A stretch of 64,000 nt of DNA from Camelus dromedarius (taxonomy: Eukaryota): contig NC_087436.1 in NCBI RefSeq assembly GCF_036321535.1, positions 21,826,001-21,890,000 of the forward strand, read 5' to 3'. Both the position numbers and the translations under genes were made by a program. Below are positions 1 through 12,549 of the stretch, one piece after another. Each line of letters opens with the position of its first letter. Positions within the stretch are counted from its first letter, which is position 1. The notes under the pieces were generated by a model. It worked only from the letters and a program-made list of their open reading frames with translations. It was not told the DNA's origin and did no database searches.

Positions 1-281
1 TGGCATAACATAAAATGAGTGTTCATTTCCATAATTAAACTGTAATATTTATCTCGGTTAATATAACTTTATCCTATTCAATAAAATAAGTTGCTGATTT
101 TGTCTTGTACATTATGACTAAGTTTGATTTTCATCTGTCACTGAATCCTGGTCAGGTAGATAAGGAAGTCATTCTGAGAGTGATGTACATGAAGGCATCA
201 GGGCAATAATTCAGTTATCCAGGTGCCCAAGGGCTTCCAGTGCGGCTTTCTCTGTAGATCATCTCAGTCATATGTTTGTAT

Positions 282-324
282 TAAAGTGACACTGTCAAAA
301 AAAAAAAAATAAAGTGACACTGTC
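282..324 (+). mobile_element. Poly(A)-only retro-insertion (A13) with 15-bp TSD
   Basis: TAAAGTGACACTGTC at 282-296 and 310-324 flanks A13 (297-309); the site begins TT|AAAG, an L1 endonuclease-like target. Confidence 0.75.
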
Positions 325-3187
325 TGTTTTAGTTAAAGATTATTATGGGTAAATCAATGATGCTATTTTAATGAAAAATAGGGTACTGTAATTATATTAT
401 CACTGACATAATTTAATGACTTTAAAGGATCATTATTGCATTTGCTACATAGTGTAGAACTATTACTCCTTTTCCAGTGTTTATTTTTTATTGACATTAA
501 TGACAAAGTCTTCAAAAAGAATATAACACTTCAGATTTTTTAAGATGTAATTTTTGTTTTACAATTCCCGTACAAGGTTAAATTGGGTAGGTATTGTTTT
601 ATAACTGAAAGGGAGAGAGAGGGAAAGAGAGAGACAGATTCTAGCCAAGTAATTACATTAAATATTCTCCCTGGGGGAAAAAAGTTTCCAAAAAAAGCCT
701 CGAGAATTCATGGAAATTGATAGAATAAATTAACTTCTTGTAAAATCATTTTCCACATCATTAGAATATTTGTTTCCAAATGTCAGAAGCAGATGAGATA
801 ATTTTGCTGCAGATACTGCTTCAAGGATGAGGCTGAAACTCACCGAGCACTAGAACAGTGAGGGATATTGAACTTCCCAAAGGTGTAGAGCTGCTCCCAA
901 AGACAGAACTATGACTGAACTTTTGAGTTGTTTCTGCCTGGATGTGGGATAATTATATGTGATGAAATATCGTGAAGCACAGACAGCGATGTCTGCCAGC
1001 CATATTTATTAAGATTGAATGCGCATGGAGAATTAAAATGCCAGACAATATTATTTGTTATGTTGAATTTTAAGAAATTTCAAGGCAGATTAAAAAGTGA
1101 CATTAGAACAAATCGGCTGTCTTTGCCTTCTGCTATAAATCTTCTCATAATTGTTTTTTTTCCTCTCTCATCATTAACAACTTTCCTTTCTTTGACATTT
1201 GCAGACATCTACCTCTTTGAAAAGCCTTTCATTTTTTTCTCTTCTTCTCTCTCTTTCTTTCTTTGTTGTCTATTATCCAGATATTTGCTTTAATGCCAAA
1301 ATTAATGACACTTTAAAATTACTCTTTATAATTTTAAGCTTTAGACACCTGACCTTTCCTGCCCATTTAATCTCTCTCTCTCTTTTTTTTCTTTAGCTTT
1401 ACCCAGTAATCAAGGGCAGCTAATTAATTAGCATCCACAGCAGAGGAGGAAAAAGAAATTGCACTTGCTTGAAATGCCTTTTATATCACTACTGAACTGC
1501 ACTTAGAATTTCATAAAGTCTAGTTTGGCTCAGTGGGCTCTTCCATGTTTGTTAAAGCAGGAGGTCCTGGCACCCTCAGGTTAAATGGAATCAGTTGCTC
1601 CGAACAGGATGTTTCTCTTTTTTACATGATAATAGGGGTATAGTGCCTGTGCTAGGAAAGAATATTGACTTCAGATCCATGGCTCATTAAAAGATCATAC
1701 AGAGTAGAAAAAATGATGCTAGCATAAATGTGTGTTTTAGACTGTTTAAAGAGCCGTGTAATTACAGTCTATATGAGTATATACAGAATAAGACTGCAGA
1801 GAAGTGGAGTTTTATGCATGCAACCTGATAGAACAATATATTAACATACTTTGTATATAAATTTGAATGAAAATGCAGTCAGCCCAGCAGTCTTTCCATA
1901 TAAATGTGTATAGCCTCGGGGATGGGCAGGATGATTCCCCTTGGCTCCTAAGAAGGAATATACTCAAGAGAATTACTAAGGATTAGTCATATGGGTAATT
2001 GGATTGTTGTGAATTGCTGTGAAGAGGGTCTGAGTTACCTTTGGGTTGGGGGTGTGTGTCAGAATCTTGCAGTATGACAGCGACTGAAGTAGATCATGAG
2101 GGAAGAGAGCCATTTCTGTCCACTCTAGCTTGCCCTGATACTTCAGAAACCTCTCCAAAGTCTTAAGCCTAAAACTCAAATGAGATGCCTGAGAAATGGA
2201 CGTAGGAAGATGGTGGAGAAGACATTTCTAGGATTCGCAGCCCAGTTCTAGGATTGTGTTTGGTGAACCTGCACATCACTAGTAAAAAATATTTAGTACA
2301 AAAAGTGCTTTTTACAACTGACTTCAACTCCCAAATAGCTTGCAAGTAACTTGATGTGAAAAAAAAAAAAGAGGCTTAAATTATGTACTTACAGGAAACC
2401 ATTTCATATCAAGCAAGAGTCTTTGGTTCTACAATTTTCTATCTTTTTATGTTTTATGATTATTTAGAGATGAATAGCCAGCTATAAATAAAGATTCGGG
2501 TTGTTTGGCAATAGCTACTTTACAGGGGGAACTAAATGCCTTTTTAATTTGGAAGCAAACCTAAAACAAATGATCATGTTAGTTGAAGTGCTTCCCTTGA
2601 GGGGGTGTGATAGGTAAGGATGGGCAATAGAATTTGGCATGAAGTAGGCAATTTTGGAATGCAGTGTAGCTAAGAAATATTTTGATTTGCTTTCCTGTTG
2701 ACTTCTTGGCTGGGATTCCTGGCACAAAGGGAGAAAATCAAATTAATAGGAATATGTGAAGTTTTAATATTTTATGTTAAAATGCCATTTTAAAATTAGT
2801 CTAAAAATAATCAAGCTTAGTTTGAATTCAGCAACTAAGATCTGTAATTAGCTTTATGCATTGTGATTTTATGGCTCCAAACCAAACTCAAAGTGGATGA
2901 AGGGTAAGACTAGCTGAAACAAGCCAGCCAGTACATTGCTGAAAAGAAAATGGAATAGTTAGAAGAGAAGCTATGTCTTCTCTAAGAGTTGCCGTCCATT
3001 TCTAAGATCGGGTGTTCAGGTCTCTATGTCTAGATTAGACCATAGTGTATCTATTTTTTAAAAAAGTATTGACACAAAGGATACTGTTGAAGGATGCACA
3101 GCTCTTACGTCCCACTTGTCTGACTTAAGGAGAATGTTCAACTGGTACCATAATTGTGATCATTAGTGTCTTCTGCATAAGGATTGG

Positions 3188-3226
3188 ATTCTATAAAGAG
3201 AACTTGAAGAGTTCTCTTTATAGAAT
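3188..3226. repeat. Perfect 17-bp inverted repeat with 5-nt loop
   Basis: ATTCTATAAAGAGAACT-TGAAG-AGTTCTCTTTATAGAAT. Confidence 0.95.
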
Positions 3227-3382
3227 AGTGTTTAATGCTAGATGAGGATTTGTCAAACCTTTATCTTTTAGAGCTCAAACCTCTGTATGGGTTTGAGGTA
3301 CTGATGGTGCCAGAGAATAGACTGCCCATGCTTAAATACCTTCCAACTACGCATGACCCTTCAAATGACATTTATTTTAATT

Positions 3383-3600
3383 AGTGTTTCTCAACCTTTC
3401 TATAACAACTATTTTGGAATACCTGCTTTACTATCCTGAAACAAAATTCAGAAACAATGCAATCTGCCTATATACATAATTTTAAAAACTCAATCTAATG
3501 CCATAAACGAAGAAATAAAAAGAAAAGTAAGCTATCATCAAATAATATGTTTTGCAACAGGTAAACACTTATGCAGGATCTTACCAGAGGACAAAAAATA
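3383..3600. mobile_element. hAT-Charlie-like DNA transposon fragment
   Basis: Starts AGTGTTTCTCAACCTT, a Charlie/MER5-type terminal inverted repeat (TIR); the body resembles Charlie-type elements by recall. Confidence 0.45.
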
Positions 3601-4278
3601 GCCCCACAGTTTCCAGTGCAATTTAGTTTCCAAGAAACTCAGAGGGGACCAGGGGGATCCCATTAGGATTCCTTGCTTTTTAAAGAAAGTATATTAAGTG
3701 TCTTATCAAACTTTGGATTCTCAATAAATGTTTTCCTGATTTGGCTAAAAGCAGCAGGACTTTGTCTTCCAAAGAAATCATATTCAGAGGTATAATATAT
3801 AAATAAATAGTATATAAAGCAAATAAAAGCTTTTCTCCACTTTCTGTCTGCCACAGTGGCTGTCTCTGAAACATTGCTGTTCTAGGGGTCTGGATATCTG
3901 GGATATCCAGGGATAGCTTGAGAGCTAAAACTAAGTTGAAGGAGATGAAAGGAAACCTGTTTTTACTAGTAAGTGATTTCTTTTTTTTTTTTTTTCTTAA
4001 AACAATAGAACCATTCTCCCAGACTTACTGTTAAATGGAATTTTTAAGGTTAGAGAAGATAAATTACTGTCTCTTGGGAAGATGTCTCAGGAACGTTTTA
4101 TACAATTCTTCATTGCAAGATAAAGGAAATAACAAATCTTTGAGTGGATGAGATACTCAACTTGCTGAATGCTGGTCTAACTTCAGGTCAGTTGCACATG
4201 TTTGCAGTAAAGCCATTTGAGGATAGGCTGTGTAACATTGCTTCCAGTTCAAAATGCAGATTAAAAATGTATCTCATG

Positions 4279-5013
4279 GAAAAACAAATCAAAACTACAA
4301 TGAGATATCACTTCACGGCAGTCAGAATGGCCATCATTAAAAAGTCCACAAACGGTAAGTGCCAGAGAGGGAGTGGAGAAAAGGGAACCCTCCTACACTG
4401 TTGATGGGAATGTAATTTGGTGTAGGCACAATGGAAAACAGTATGGAGGTTCCTTTAAAAAGTAAGAACAGACTTACCATATGATCCAACAATCCCACTC
4501 CTGGGCATATATCTGAAGAAAACTCCAATTCAAAAAGATACATGCACCTCAGTGTTTATAGCAGCACTATTTACAACAGCCAAGACATGGAAACTACTTA
4601 AATGTCCATCGACAGATGACTGGATAGAGAAGATGTGGTATATATAGACAATGGAATGTTATTCAACCATAAAATAGAATGAAATAATGCCATTTGCAAC
4701 AACATGGATGGACCTGGAAATTGTCATACTAAGTGAAGTAAGCCAGAAAGAAAGAAAAATACCATATGATAACACTTATATGTGGAGTCTAAAATATGAT
4801 ACAAACGAACTTATTTATGAAACAGAAACAGACTCAGACATAGAAAACAAACTTATGGTTACCAAAGGGAAAGGGCAGTGGGGAGGGCTAAATTAAGAGT
4901 TTGGGATTAGCAGATACAAACTACTGTATATAAGATAGATAAACAACAAGGTCCTACTGTATAGCACAGAGAACTATATTCAATATCTTGTAATAAATGT
5001 AATAGAAAAGAAA
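4279..5013 (+). mobile_element. 5'-truncated L1 (ORF2 C-terminus plus partial 3'UTR), artiodactyl-type, with 16-bp TSD
   Basis: ORF2 C-terminal peptides [21 protein letters not shown] and MPFATTWMDLEIVILSEVSQ; TSD AAAAATGTATCTCATG at 4263-4278 and 5014-5029, preceded by TT. Confidence 0.92.
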
Positions 5014-5129
5014 AAAAATGTATCTCATGTATGGATGTGTGGCAGGTAACTTTCCTTTCATTAACCTTTTCTGTATCTTATTACATTGTCAGATTTCCTT
5101 TATACTTGGTCTTCTTTTTTTTGGAGAAA

Positions 5130-5300
5130 CAGATCATAGGAGTCTGTCATGCAGAGTCAGAAGAAACCTAAGGAATACCTATCTCAACATCTACATTTTG
5201 AAAATAAGGCAGTGAAGCCTGGCAGTGTAAACTGATTTGCCCGAGCTCACAACCAAAGTCAGTTGTCTAATGAGAAATACGTGCTGGCCACAGAGTCTGT
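5130..5300. mobile_element. MIR SINE remnant
   Basis: MIR-core-like text ATTTTGAAAATAAGGCAGTGAAGCC...TGATTTGCCCGAGCTCAC. Confidence 0.55.
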
Positions 5301-5879
5301 ACCATCTAAAAAAATCACTTCTCAAGAGGAACTTAAATCATTGTTACTAGTTTGGACAGTATCAGACACTTAGAATTAAATATTTCTTCTAACCAGATTG
5401 GTTTTATTAACTAGCAGGAACCAGACATGTTGCAGGACTAGAGGACATCTCATGGGATTGACCGCTCTGGGTGACTCACTTCTTACAGTCCTAGTGCCCA
5501 GCCACCAGGTCTTGTAGGTTTAATTCAGCAGACCATCACCATGGTCTTCTAATAAATAATGTCATGATGATCTGCCTTCATATTTATATTTCTCCTGAAA
5601 AAGTAAATTCATGTTGTCACCATTCATGACCTCAACAGGGCAGGAGACTCTCCTTGTGTACTCTACACTTTTAATAGGCATATCTATTTTTTTCTTAAAA
5701 ATTGATTACCAGAATTGGCTCAAAACACTGTCCAAACTCAATCCATAATGCCACTGGTTCCCAGTAGGGCATCATAAACACCTGAGTAAGCTTTAAGACC
5801 AAATCGGGCCAGACTACCTCTCAGAGGTACTGAAAGAGGAACGTTAGAGGTGCAGGACCTACAGGACCTACAGGTAGGA

Positions 5880-6265
5880 CAGTTTACACAGGGACCAGAT
5901 TCTGAGTAGGTTTATATTCAGGGGGTTTACTGGAAAATGCTCTTGGAAACAACTCCTGTATGAAATTGTTGGGAGAAGCAGGGTGGGCAGAGGGAGAAGT
6001 TGAATAGTAATGTAGTTACGTTAGAGAGAAGCCTCAGACAGTCCTATTGGTAGCCTGGGATGTAGCCCAAAATTAGGGAAGGAGGTAGGGCCCAGTCATT
6101 GGAAGCAGACTCTCCCTGGGTGGAAGCGTAACCCAGGATGAGGGAGACAGCTTCCAGCTGCCATCTGGGCTGAGACTCAGCTATGAACCGTTAGCAGCCA
6201 CCACTCCTAGCAGCTGGAGAAACGAGTGCTTGGGCCTGACAGGTTATCTAGGGGCTGGCTTCACC
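5880..6265 (-). mobile_element. ERVL-class LTR (LTR16-like)
   Basis: Characteristic GGTTTACTGG...GAAGCAGGGTGGGCAGAGGGAGAAGTTGA...AAGCCTCAG, directly abutting ERVL internal sequence. Confidence 0.65.
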
Positions 6266-6785
6266 CAGATTCACTTGCTTTAAGTAGTAACTCACCCTAT
6301 ATAGGAACAGCTTTTCCTGGATTATGGTTGGTTTCTTTTTCTGAGGAAATATAATAGAAGAAAGTTAGTCTGACCGACTTCAGTCCTACCCCTGCAGCAG
6401 AACTTGAAGCTGCAACTGATACTCATGGTCTTCATCAATTTGTACTTATTCTAGGTTACATTCACCCCTAGCTGGAACCTCTGCTGGTCTGGATGGCTTA
6501 CCTAGTGGTCTGATCCAAATCCCTGAAGGGTCAGAGCCCCAGATTCCCATAGCCTTCTCCGGCTAGTATACACCATGGCATTTGTCAGTTGACCATCAAC
6601 ATTGGGTAGGAGAGTACAGAGAAGTGCCCATCAGGAGCAGGTTGCAAATGTATTATTCTCTTCCCACACTGAGTTACAACATCCCTGTCTCCTCATGACA
6701 GTCAGAGTCGTGTGTGTGACTCCTTTCCTGCCTACCTATGTTTTGACATGAAGTGACCGGCAGCATTCATAGGTTAATATTCAAC
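6266..6785 (-). mobile_element. ERVL-type internal sequence (ERV3-16A3-like), 3' part
   Basis: Contiguous with the LTR and continues on the far side of the L1 at about 8372. Confidence 0.55.
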
Positions 6786-6789
6786 AAGA

Positions 6790-8370
6790 CTCTTTCCAAA
6801 CTATATCAGTGCAATTTTTAAAACTTTAAGGAACAGAATAGGTTCAATGCAATCTCAGTCAATACCAAAATAATTTTTTATGGAAATTGGCAAGTTGATT
6901 TTAACATTTAGAAAGGCAAAAGAATAATAATTGCTGAAATAATTTCTTAAAAGATGGACAAAGATGAAAGACTCACACTCAAGACTTAGTATAAAACTAC
7001 CATAATCCAGAGTAGGTGGTATTAGAAAAAGGATAGATATATGGATGAATGAGAAAGATTTGGATTCAGAAATAGGCTTACACATACATAGTCAAGTGAT
7101 TCTGACAAAGGTACAAGATTAATTCACTGGAAAAAGGTAGTCATTTCAACAAAAGATACTGGAAAAATTGAATATCCATATCCAAAAAAAATGAACTTCA
7201 ATCCATACCACACACCATGTACAAAACTTAACTCTACATGAATCCTGGACCTAAATGCATAACCTAAACTATAAAACTTTTAGAAAAATAATGAGAGAAG
7301 GTATTTGTGACCTTTGGTTATATAAAAATTCCTTAGATATGGCACCAAAACCGATCCATAGAAAAATTATAAATTTTTAAACTATCAAAATTAGAATCTT
7401 CTGCTCTTCAAAATACATAGTTAAGAAAATGAAAACACAAGCCAGGCCATAGATGGGAGGAAAATATTTGCAGATGCATATTTGGTACAGGGCTTATATC
7501 CACAAGATATAAAAGATTCTCAGAGTTCAAGAAGAAAACAGTACAGTTCAATAAAAAGCAAAATAATTGAAGAGACACTTTGCCATGTACAGATGAAAAA
7601 TAAGTACATGAAAAGATGCTCAATAACATTAGTCATTAGGGAAAAACAAATTGAAACCACAATGAGACACTACTATACATCTATGAGAATGACTGAATTT
7701 TTTAAATAAAGGAATATAAAGGACTATATCTATACCAAGGGCTGGCGAGAGTCCAGAATATCTGGAAGTCTCAAACATTGCTGAGAGGCAAAACAGAACA
7801 GCCACTTCCGAAAAGAGTTTGGAAGTTTCCTGTAAAGGTAAACGTACACCTACCATATAACTCAGCAGTCCTTCTCTTAGGTATTTGCTCACGAGAAATG
7901 AAAGCTTATGTTCACATGTAAGTACATTAGAACCTGTATGTGAATATTTATATATAACAGTTCTGTTCATAATAGCCAAAAATGGAAACCATGCAAGTGT
8001 CCTTCATCTGGTTAATTAATAAATAAACTGTGGTGCATTCATACAATGAAGTATGTAGAAACTCAGTAGTAAAAAGGAATGAACTATTGATTCATGAAAG
8101 AACATACCAATTGAAAGAAGACAGACTCAAAATGTTACATACTGTATAATTCCATTCTGGAAAAGGCAAACCTATAAGGACAGAAAACATTGAGGCATGA
8201 AGCATTGAGGATTTGACTATAAAGGAGCATAAGTATTTATTTTGGAGTTATGGAATTATTCTATATCTTGATTTGATGGTGGTACCTCATTAGATGCACT
8301 TTACAAAACTCAGAATTGTACACTTAAAAGGGTAAATTATGTAAATTATACCTCGGTAAAATAAACATTT
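6790..8370 (+). mobile_element. Old L1 (L1MB/ME-type) ORF2 3' part plus 3'UTR, inserted into the ERVL
   Basis: Degenerate ORF2 peptide KYMKRCSITLVIREKQIETTMRHYYT; 3'UTR ending GTAAATTATACCTCGGTAAAATAAA. Confidence 0.85.
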
Positions 8371-8371
8371 A

Positions 8372-8580
8372 AAATAGTTCAATGGGACTTTTATTGTGTC
8401 CCCTACTAGAAGTGTTACTACCTGGGAACTATGACTTCTGTGCACTTAGAGCCTAGAGTTATGAGGATGATAAGCACACATTTCCCAGGTGTCACTGCCA
8501 GTGGTAGCAAGGACCGTGCCTTCCATCCCTTGGTTTCTGGATCCACATAGTCTACCCAACTCTAGTTGCAGCATCACACA
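8372..8580 (-). mobile_element. ERVL-type internal sequence (pol/integrase C-terminal remnant)
   Basis: Minus strand reads approximately EVIVPR..LLVGDTIKVPLN with frameshifts, similar to the recalled ERVL pol motif LEVLVPEGGMLPPGDTTMIPLN. Confidence 0.6.
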
Positions 8581-9339
8581 GTGAGACTGTATGGGACAGG
8601 TCTTGCAGGATGGGTAGAATTGCAACGAATTTACAAAGTGGGAGGGATTTCTGGGAAGAAGGAATTATAAGAGCAAAAACACGAAGGCAGGAAATGCCTT
8701 GTTTGTCTCAGTCTGTTTTGTTGGAGCGCTAAGTGTAGGTGGAAATGTATGGTATAAAGGGTGCAAAGGAAAGCTGGATCATATGATGATGTTGTGCGGA
8801 AGAGATCATATGTAATTCTGTAATCCATTCAGAGGCTCTGAGAGATGAATTGGCAGATGGTCATAGTGCACTTTAGCAAGACTGGTGAGTCAGCAGTTGT
8901 TAGGATAGATTCATATGGCTCAAGAGTAAAGGTGGGTGTAATGATCCTCTGACTTTCAATATAACATGCTTCCAAACCCCAAAGCCTTGGTGTTTTCACC
9001 TACATCTATGTTTTCATCCCTTTCTCATGCTCTAGAACTAATTATCTATCTTGTTGAATGAAATTTCAGGTTTATCTTAACCTTTCAGGTAAGTTTATAT
9101 TAAGATACTCTTGCTTTTTTTCCTGGCACTGATTTTATACCTAGATATCTAGGCTTCTAGCTTTTTATATGACAGAGATTAAACCTTGAATCATAATTTC
9201 AGAAGTTAGTTCCTAAACTGTACTCCTATTCCCTATTATCTCTGCCCAGTCATCTTCCTTGTCTTTCAACCTGAGCAGAAGGATCTGCGGGCTCGTCTGG
9301 CTCTTGAAGCCCTTATGTTTTTCACTATCCACAAGTAGC

Positions 9340-9560
9340 CTGCTCCTGGACTTACCAAGTGCTGGACATATGCTTGGCTTCTTATATAGACTCTCATTTA
9401 ATTCCCAAAATAACCCCTTGCAGATATTTTCTCAGAAGGAGATACAGGCTTAGGGAAGTTAAGTGGCTCATTCTTGTTCATGCAGTTAGTAAGCAACTGA
9501 CACAGGACTGGAGCCCAGTAATCTGACCCCAGAAGCTGCACTCCTGTCCTCTCTAATGTC
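9340..9560. mobile_element. MIR SINE
   Basis: CTTACCAAGTGCTGG...CTCATTTAATTCCCAAAATAACCC...GGCTTAGGGAAGTTAAGTG. Confidence 0.7.
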
Positions 9561-10619
9561 CAGGTAGAAGCCACATTCAAACAGGCTGGTACAGTGCATC
9601 ATCGTTACTGGGCTTGGTGGTCTGCACTTGTGGAGCTAGGTTCTGTGAGCATCATGATCAGTACCTGATGGTGGAAGTAGCTTCCAATGTATAGATAGCA
9701 AAGTCCTCGCCGAGTGGGTCAGGACTCTGGGGCAAGAAACTGGAGAAGAGATCAGGAACTAAGAAAAAAGGCAAAACATGAGTATCAGACAAGCATAGGA
9801 GGGGTGGAGAAAGTGGCTACAGTTAGGCACACAGATTCTAAGAGCTCTCCCTGGTTATGCCATTTAGGCAACGAATCTTACTGCTGATCCCATCTGGTGC
9901 TGGTTCTTGAGCCCATTATGATGTCAGTAAGGTCCGCATTGCCCCAGAATGTCAGCTTTAAGTGCCTGACCACAAAGAGTGACATGTCGTGTTCAGTGAT
10001 TTCCTTTATTTATAAAGCCCATGCTTAAATATACAGGTGGACATTTGGTATGTGTATTTATAGCAACTGAACTCCAGCAGCCATTAAAATTTGACAGAAC
10101 AGCATGAAAATAGCCTCAGGCAATGTTGACCTTCCATTCAAATAAAATGGCTTGTTTATCAAGCAAATGAATATTAAGGGTTATTAGTTCTCATTAAAGG
10201 ATTTCAGCAAATTAAAAGGTTGATAGATAGCCCTCGTCTGTACCCTTTTCTTCCCCGTGCCAGCTCTGGTAATGTCATTGGACTTTAGCACTTTGTAGGT
10301 GTTTGGCATCTAGGAAAGTAAGCACATGTGCACACACAGGATATCAATTGTGTGGTAAAAAATCCTATTTCCAGCCTTAGAACTACTTGAATCTTGGAAC
10401 TACCTCAAAAGTGTTAGAAAAAGGAAATTCATGTGATTGATTTTTGCTGTTATTAAAAAATCATCATTCTCTGTGTTTCTAGATTCTGAGCCATGACACT
10501 AATGAATTTGTTTTAAAAAACAGAAGAAAGGCTTAATTTTTTATTATTTTTTCATGTATTTTCCTCTTCTGATCTTATCTTTTATATTACATGAAATGAT
10601 TGACTTTAGTAGCTGATAC

Positions 10620-11900
10620 CTATTTCATATTTTAAATATTTTTTCTGTTTATAAAAATAGTATATTTGTATACAAATATGAAAATATGCTATGAATATTT
10701 AAAAAAATCATTTAATGAATCACCCAGGAAAGTCATTATGAATGTTTTACTTTATTTCTTATGGTCTTCTTTCATAATGTGTATGTCATAATAAGTGCTG
10801 TGCATAATATAGTCATTAAACTTTCTTATATGCATATTTAATATATTAAATGTAATATGCCATATCTATTGCATATTTTATTAATGGGTTTATAATGTGC
10901 ATACAGTTAGGTGTCTTTTTTGCTTAATATTGTATCATAAGGCATTCATTAATAAAATATTGAGTGAAAATCTGGTTTTAATAGCTGTATAATGTCATTA
11001 ATAAATTTTTCTTAATTCATTTAATATTTTTCAGTACAAGTGATGGTTTTATCTCTAATTACATTTTAACTTAACTTACCTATAAACTTTTCCTCATCTT
11101 TGTGTTTTGAAACTCTCCTATCATTTTCTTTAGGTGTATTACTTGTAAATAGGTTTTCACATTTTTCTTTAACCTAATCAGGGATTATATATAGTTTTAT
11201 TCTTCTATTGCAGAAGTGAAAGTGTGTTTCTTGCAGAATAATTGAGGATTATGGATCAGTTATATGTAAATCAGCAATCTTCTCCCCCTAACTGTTAATA
11301 TTTTGATGTGTACTTTTCAATTTTTTGTATATACACATATATATATACTTATGTAGTAAGCAGATTATTCTAAACATGAGATCCCATTGTTTTTAGTGTT
11401 CTTGACTACTTCGTAAAATATTCTGAAATTTTTATATCACTTCATTTAGTTAATGGAAATATTTTTAATGGCAGATTGCATCTCACTGTATCATAATGCT
11501 TAAAAAGGTCTTTTGGCTGTTTATAATATTTCCATTTTTTTCATTAGTAAACAAAGCTGCAGGGCATATGGTTGTAGCCTCTCTGACACATCAATCATTT
11601 CTTCAGAATAAAATCCTAGAAATGAAATTTCTGAGGAAAAAAAGGGATATGAAATATAAGAATTTGGGGTCAAAAAAATAAGATTTAATTTCTTACTCCA
11701 GTTATCTTGTTCATATTTTCTGCTTTCCCTGCTTTCTTGTAATTTTGTTTGCCCTTAAGTCTCTATTTTTTGTTTTCTCTTAATGAATTAAAATATTTAT
11801 ATCCCATTTCTATTAGTGTTTTCCTCTAAATTAAGGATTCAAAAAACTTAAATTTTTTGATTATAAATATTAAGTATATACAAATACGAAACTGATTGTT
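10620..11900 (-). mobile_element. Highly degenerate L1 (L1ME-like) fragments
   Basis: Very T-rich tract with antisense L1 3'-end-like phrases; boundaries uncertain. Confidence 0.4.
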
Positions 11901-11977
11901 ATTATTATTTTACTGTATTTGTTGTCTGTTTCATGGTTTTGAATAAAAGGGATTAACTGGATTTTGGCATTCCCAAG

Positions 11978-12549
11978 TGTTAGAAACTGTCTAATATCTC
12001 ACCTTGGACTCTCGCATCCCCCACGTCTGTATATGCTGCAGTACCAGGTTTTGGATGACAACCACCTACTCTGAGCCGAGGAAGAATGACCCCAGCATTA
12101 GGTGAGACCTTGGTGTGCTGTATTAGACAGAAAGCTGGAAAGGGACGTAACTGCCATGGCCACAGAGGGCAGCAGAGGTGGCAGAGAGATCCAGGGGCCA
12201 GCAAGCAGGCAAACAGCTTGGGGTGGAAGTCGGGAGACGTAGTTGGGTGCGGCGGCAGCAGTATGGGCCTCAGCACAGTGGAACTAAGTAGGTGAGTCGC
12301 CAGCCAGGCTCTGAGCCTTGATGAAATATCTTGATGGGGCAGGGCGTAGTCCGCCCCCATCAGAGTTCCGGCGTGGATGATGTGGGTCGTGGTGAACAGG
12401 GAAAATCAACAAGCTGCTGAGTTAACGTCTTCCGAGGCAGGGGCCTCGCGTGCCTTCTGTCCAGCCCAGAACTGAAACTGCAAAGTGAGCTTGGTGGACC
12501 CATCAGGTGGACGATTAGAATCCTCAGGCCTGAGAATTAGGTGTTGACA
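11978..12549. mobile_element. Unclassified GC-rich LTR-like insertion (TG...CA)
   Basis: Abrupt GC/CpG-rich block in AT-rich DNA; starts TGTTAG, ends TTGACA; flanked by TTCCCAAG at 11970-11977 and 12550-12557. Confidence 0.55.

Noticed and set aside
8590..9990. Purine-rich segments (about 8590-8970 and 9590-9990) that may be old LTR remnants
   Set aside because: Could not define termini, TSD or family by eye
11980..12360. 126-aa minus-strand ORF
   Set aside because: Lies inside the GC-rich insertion where stops are rare; no recognisable homology
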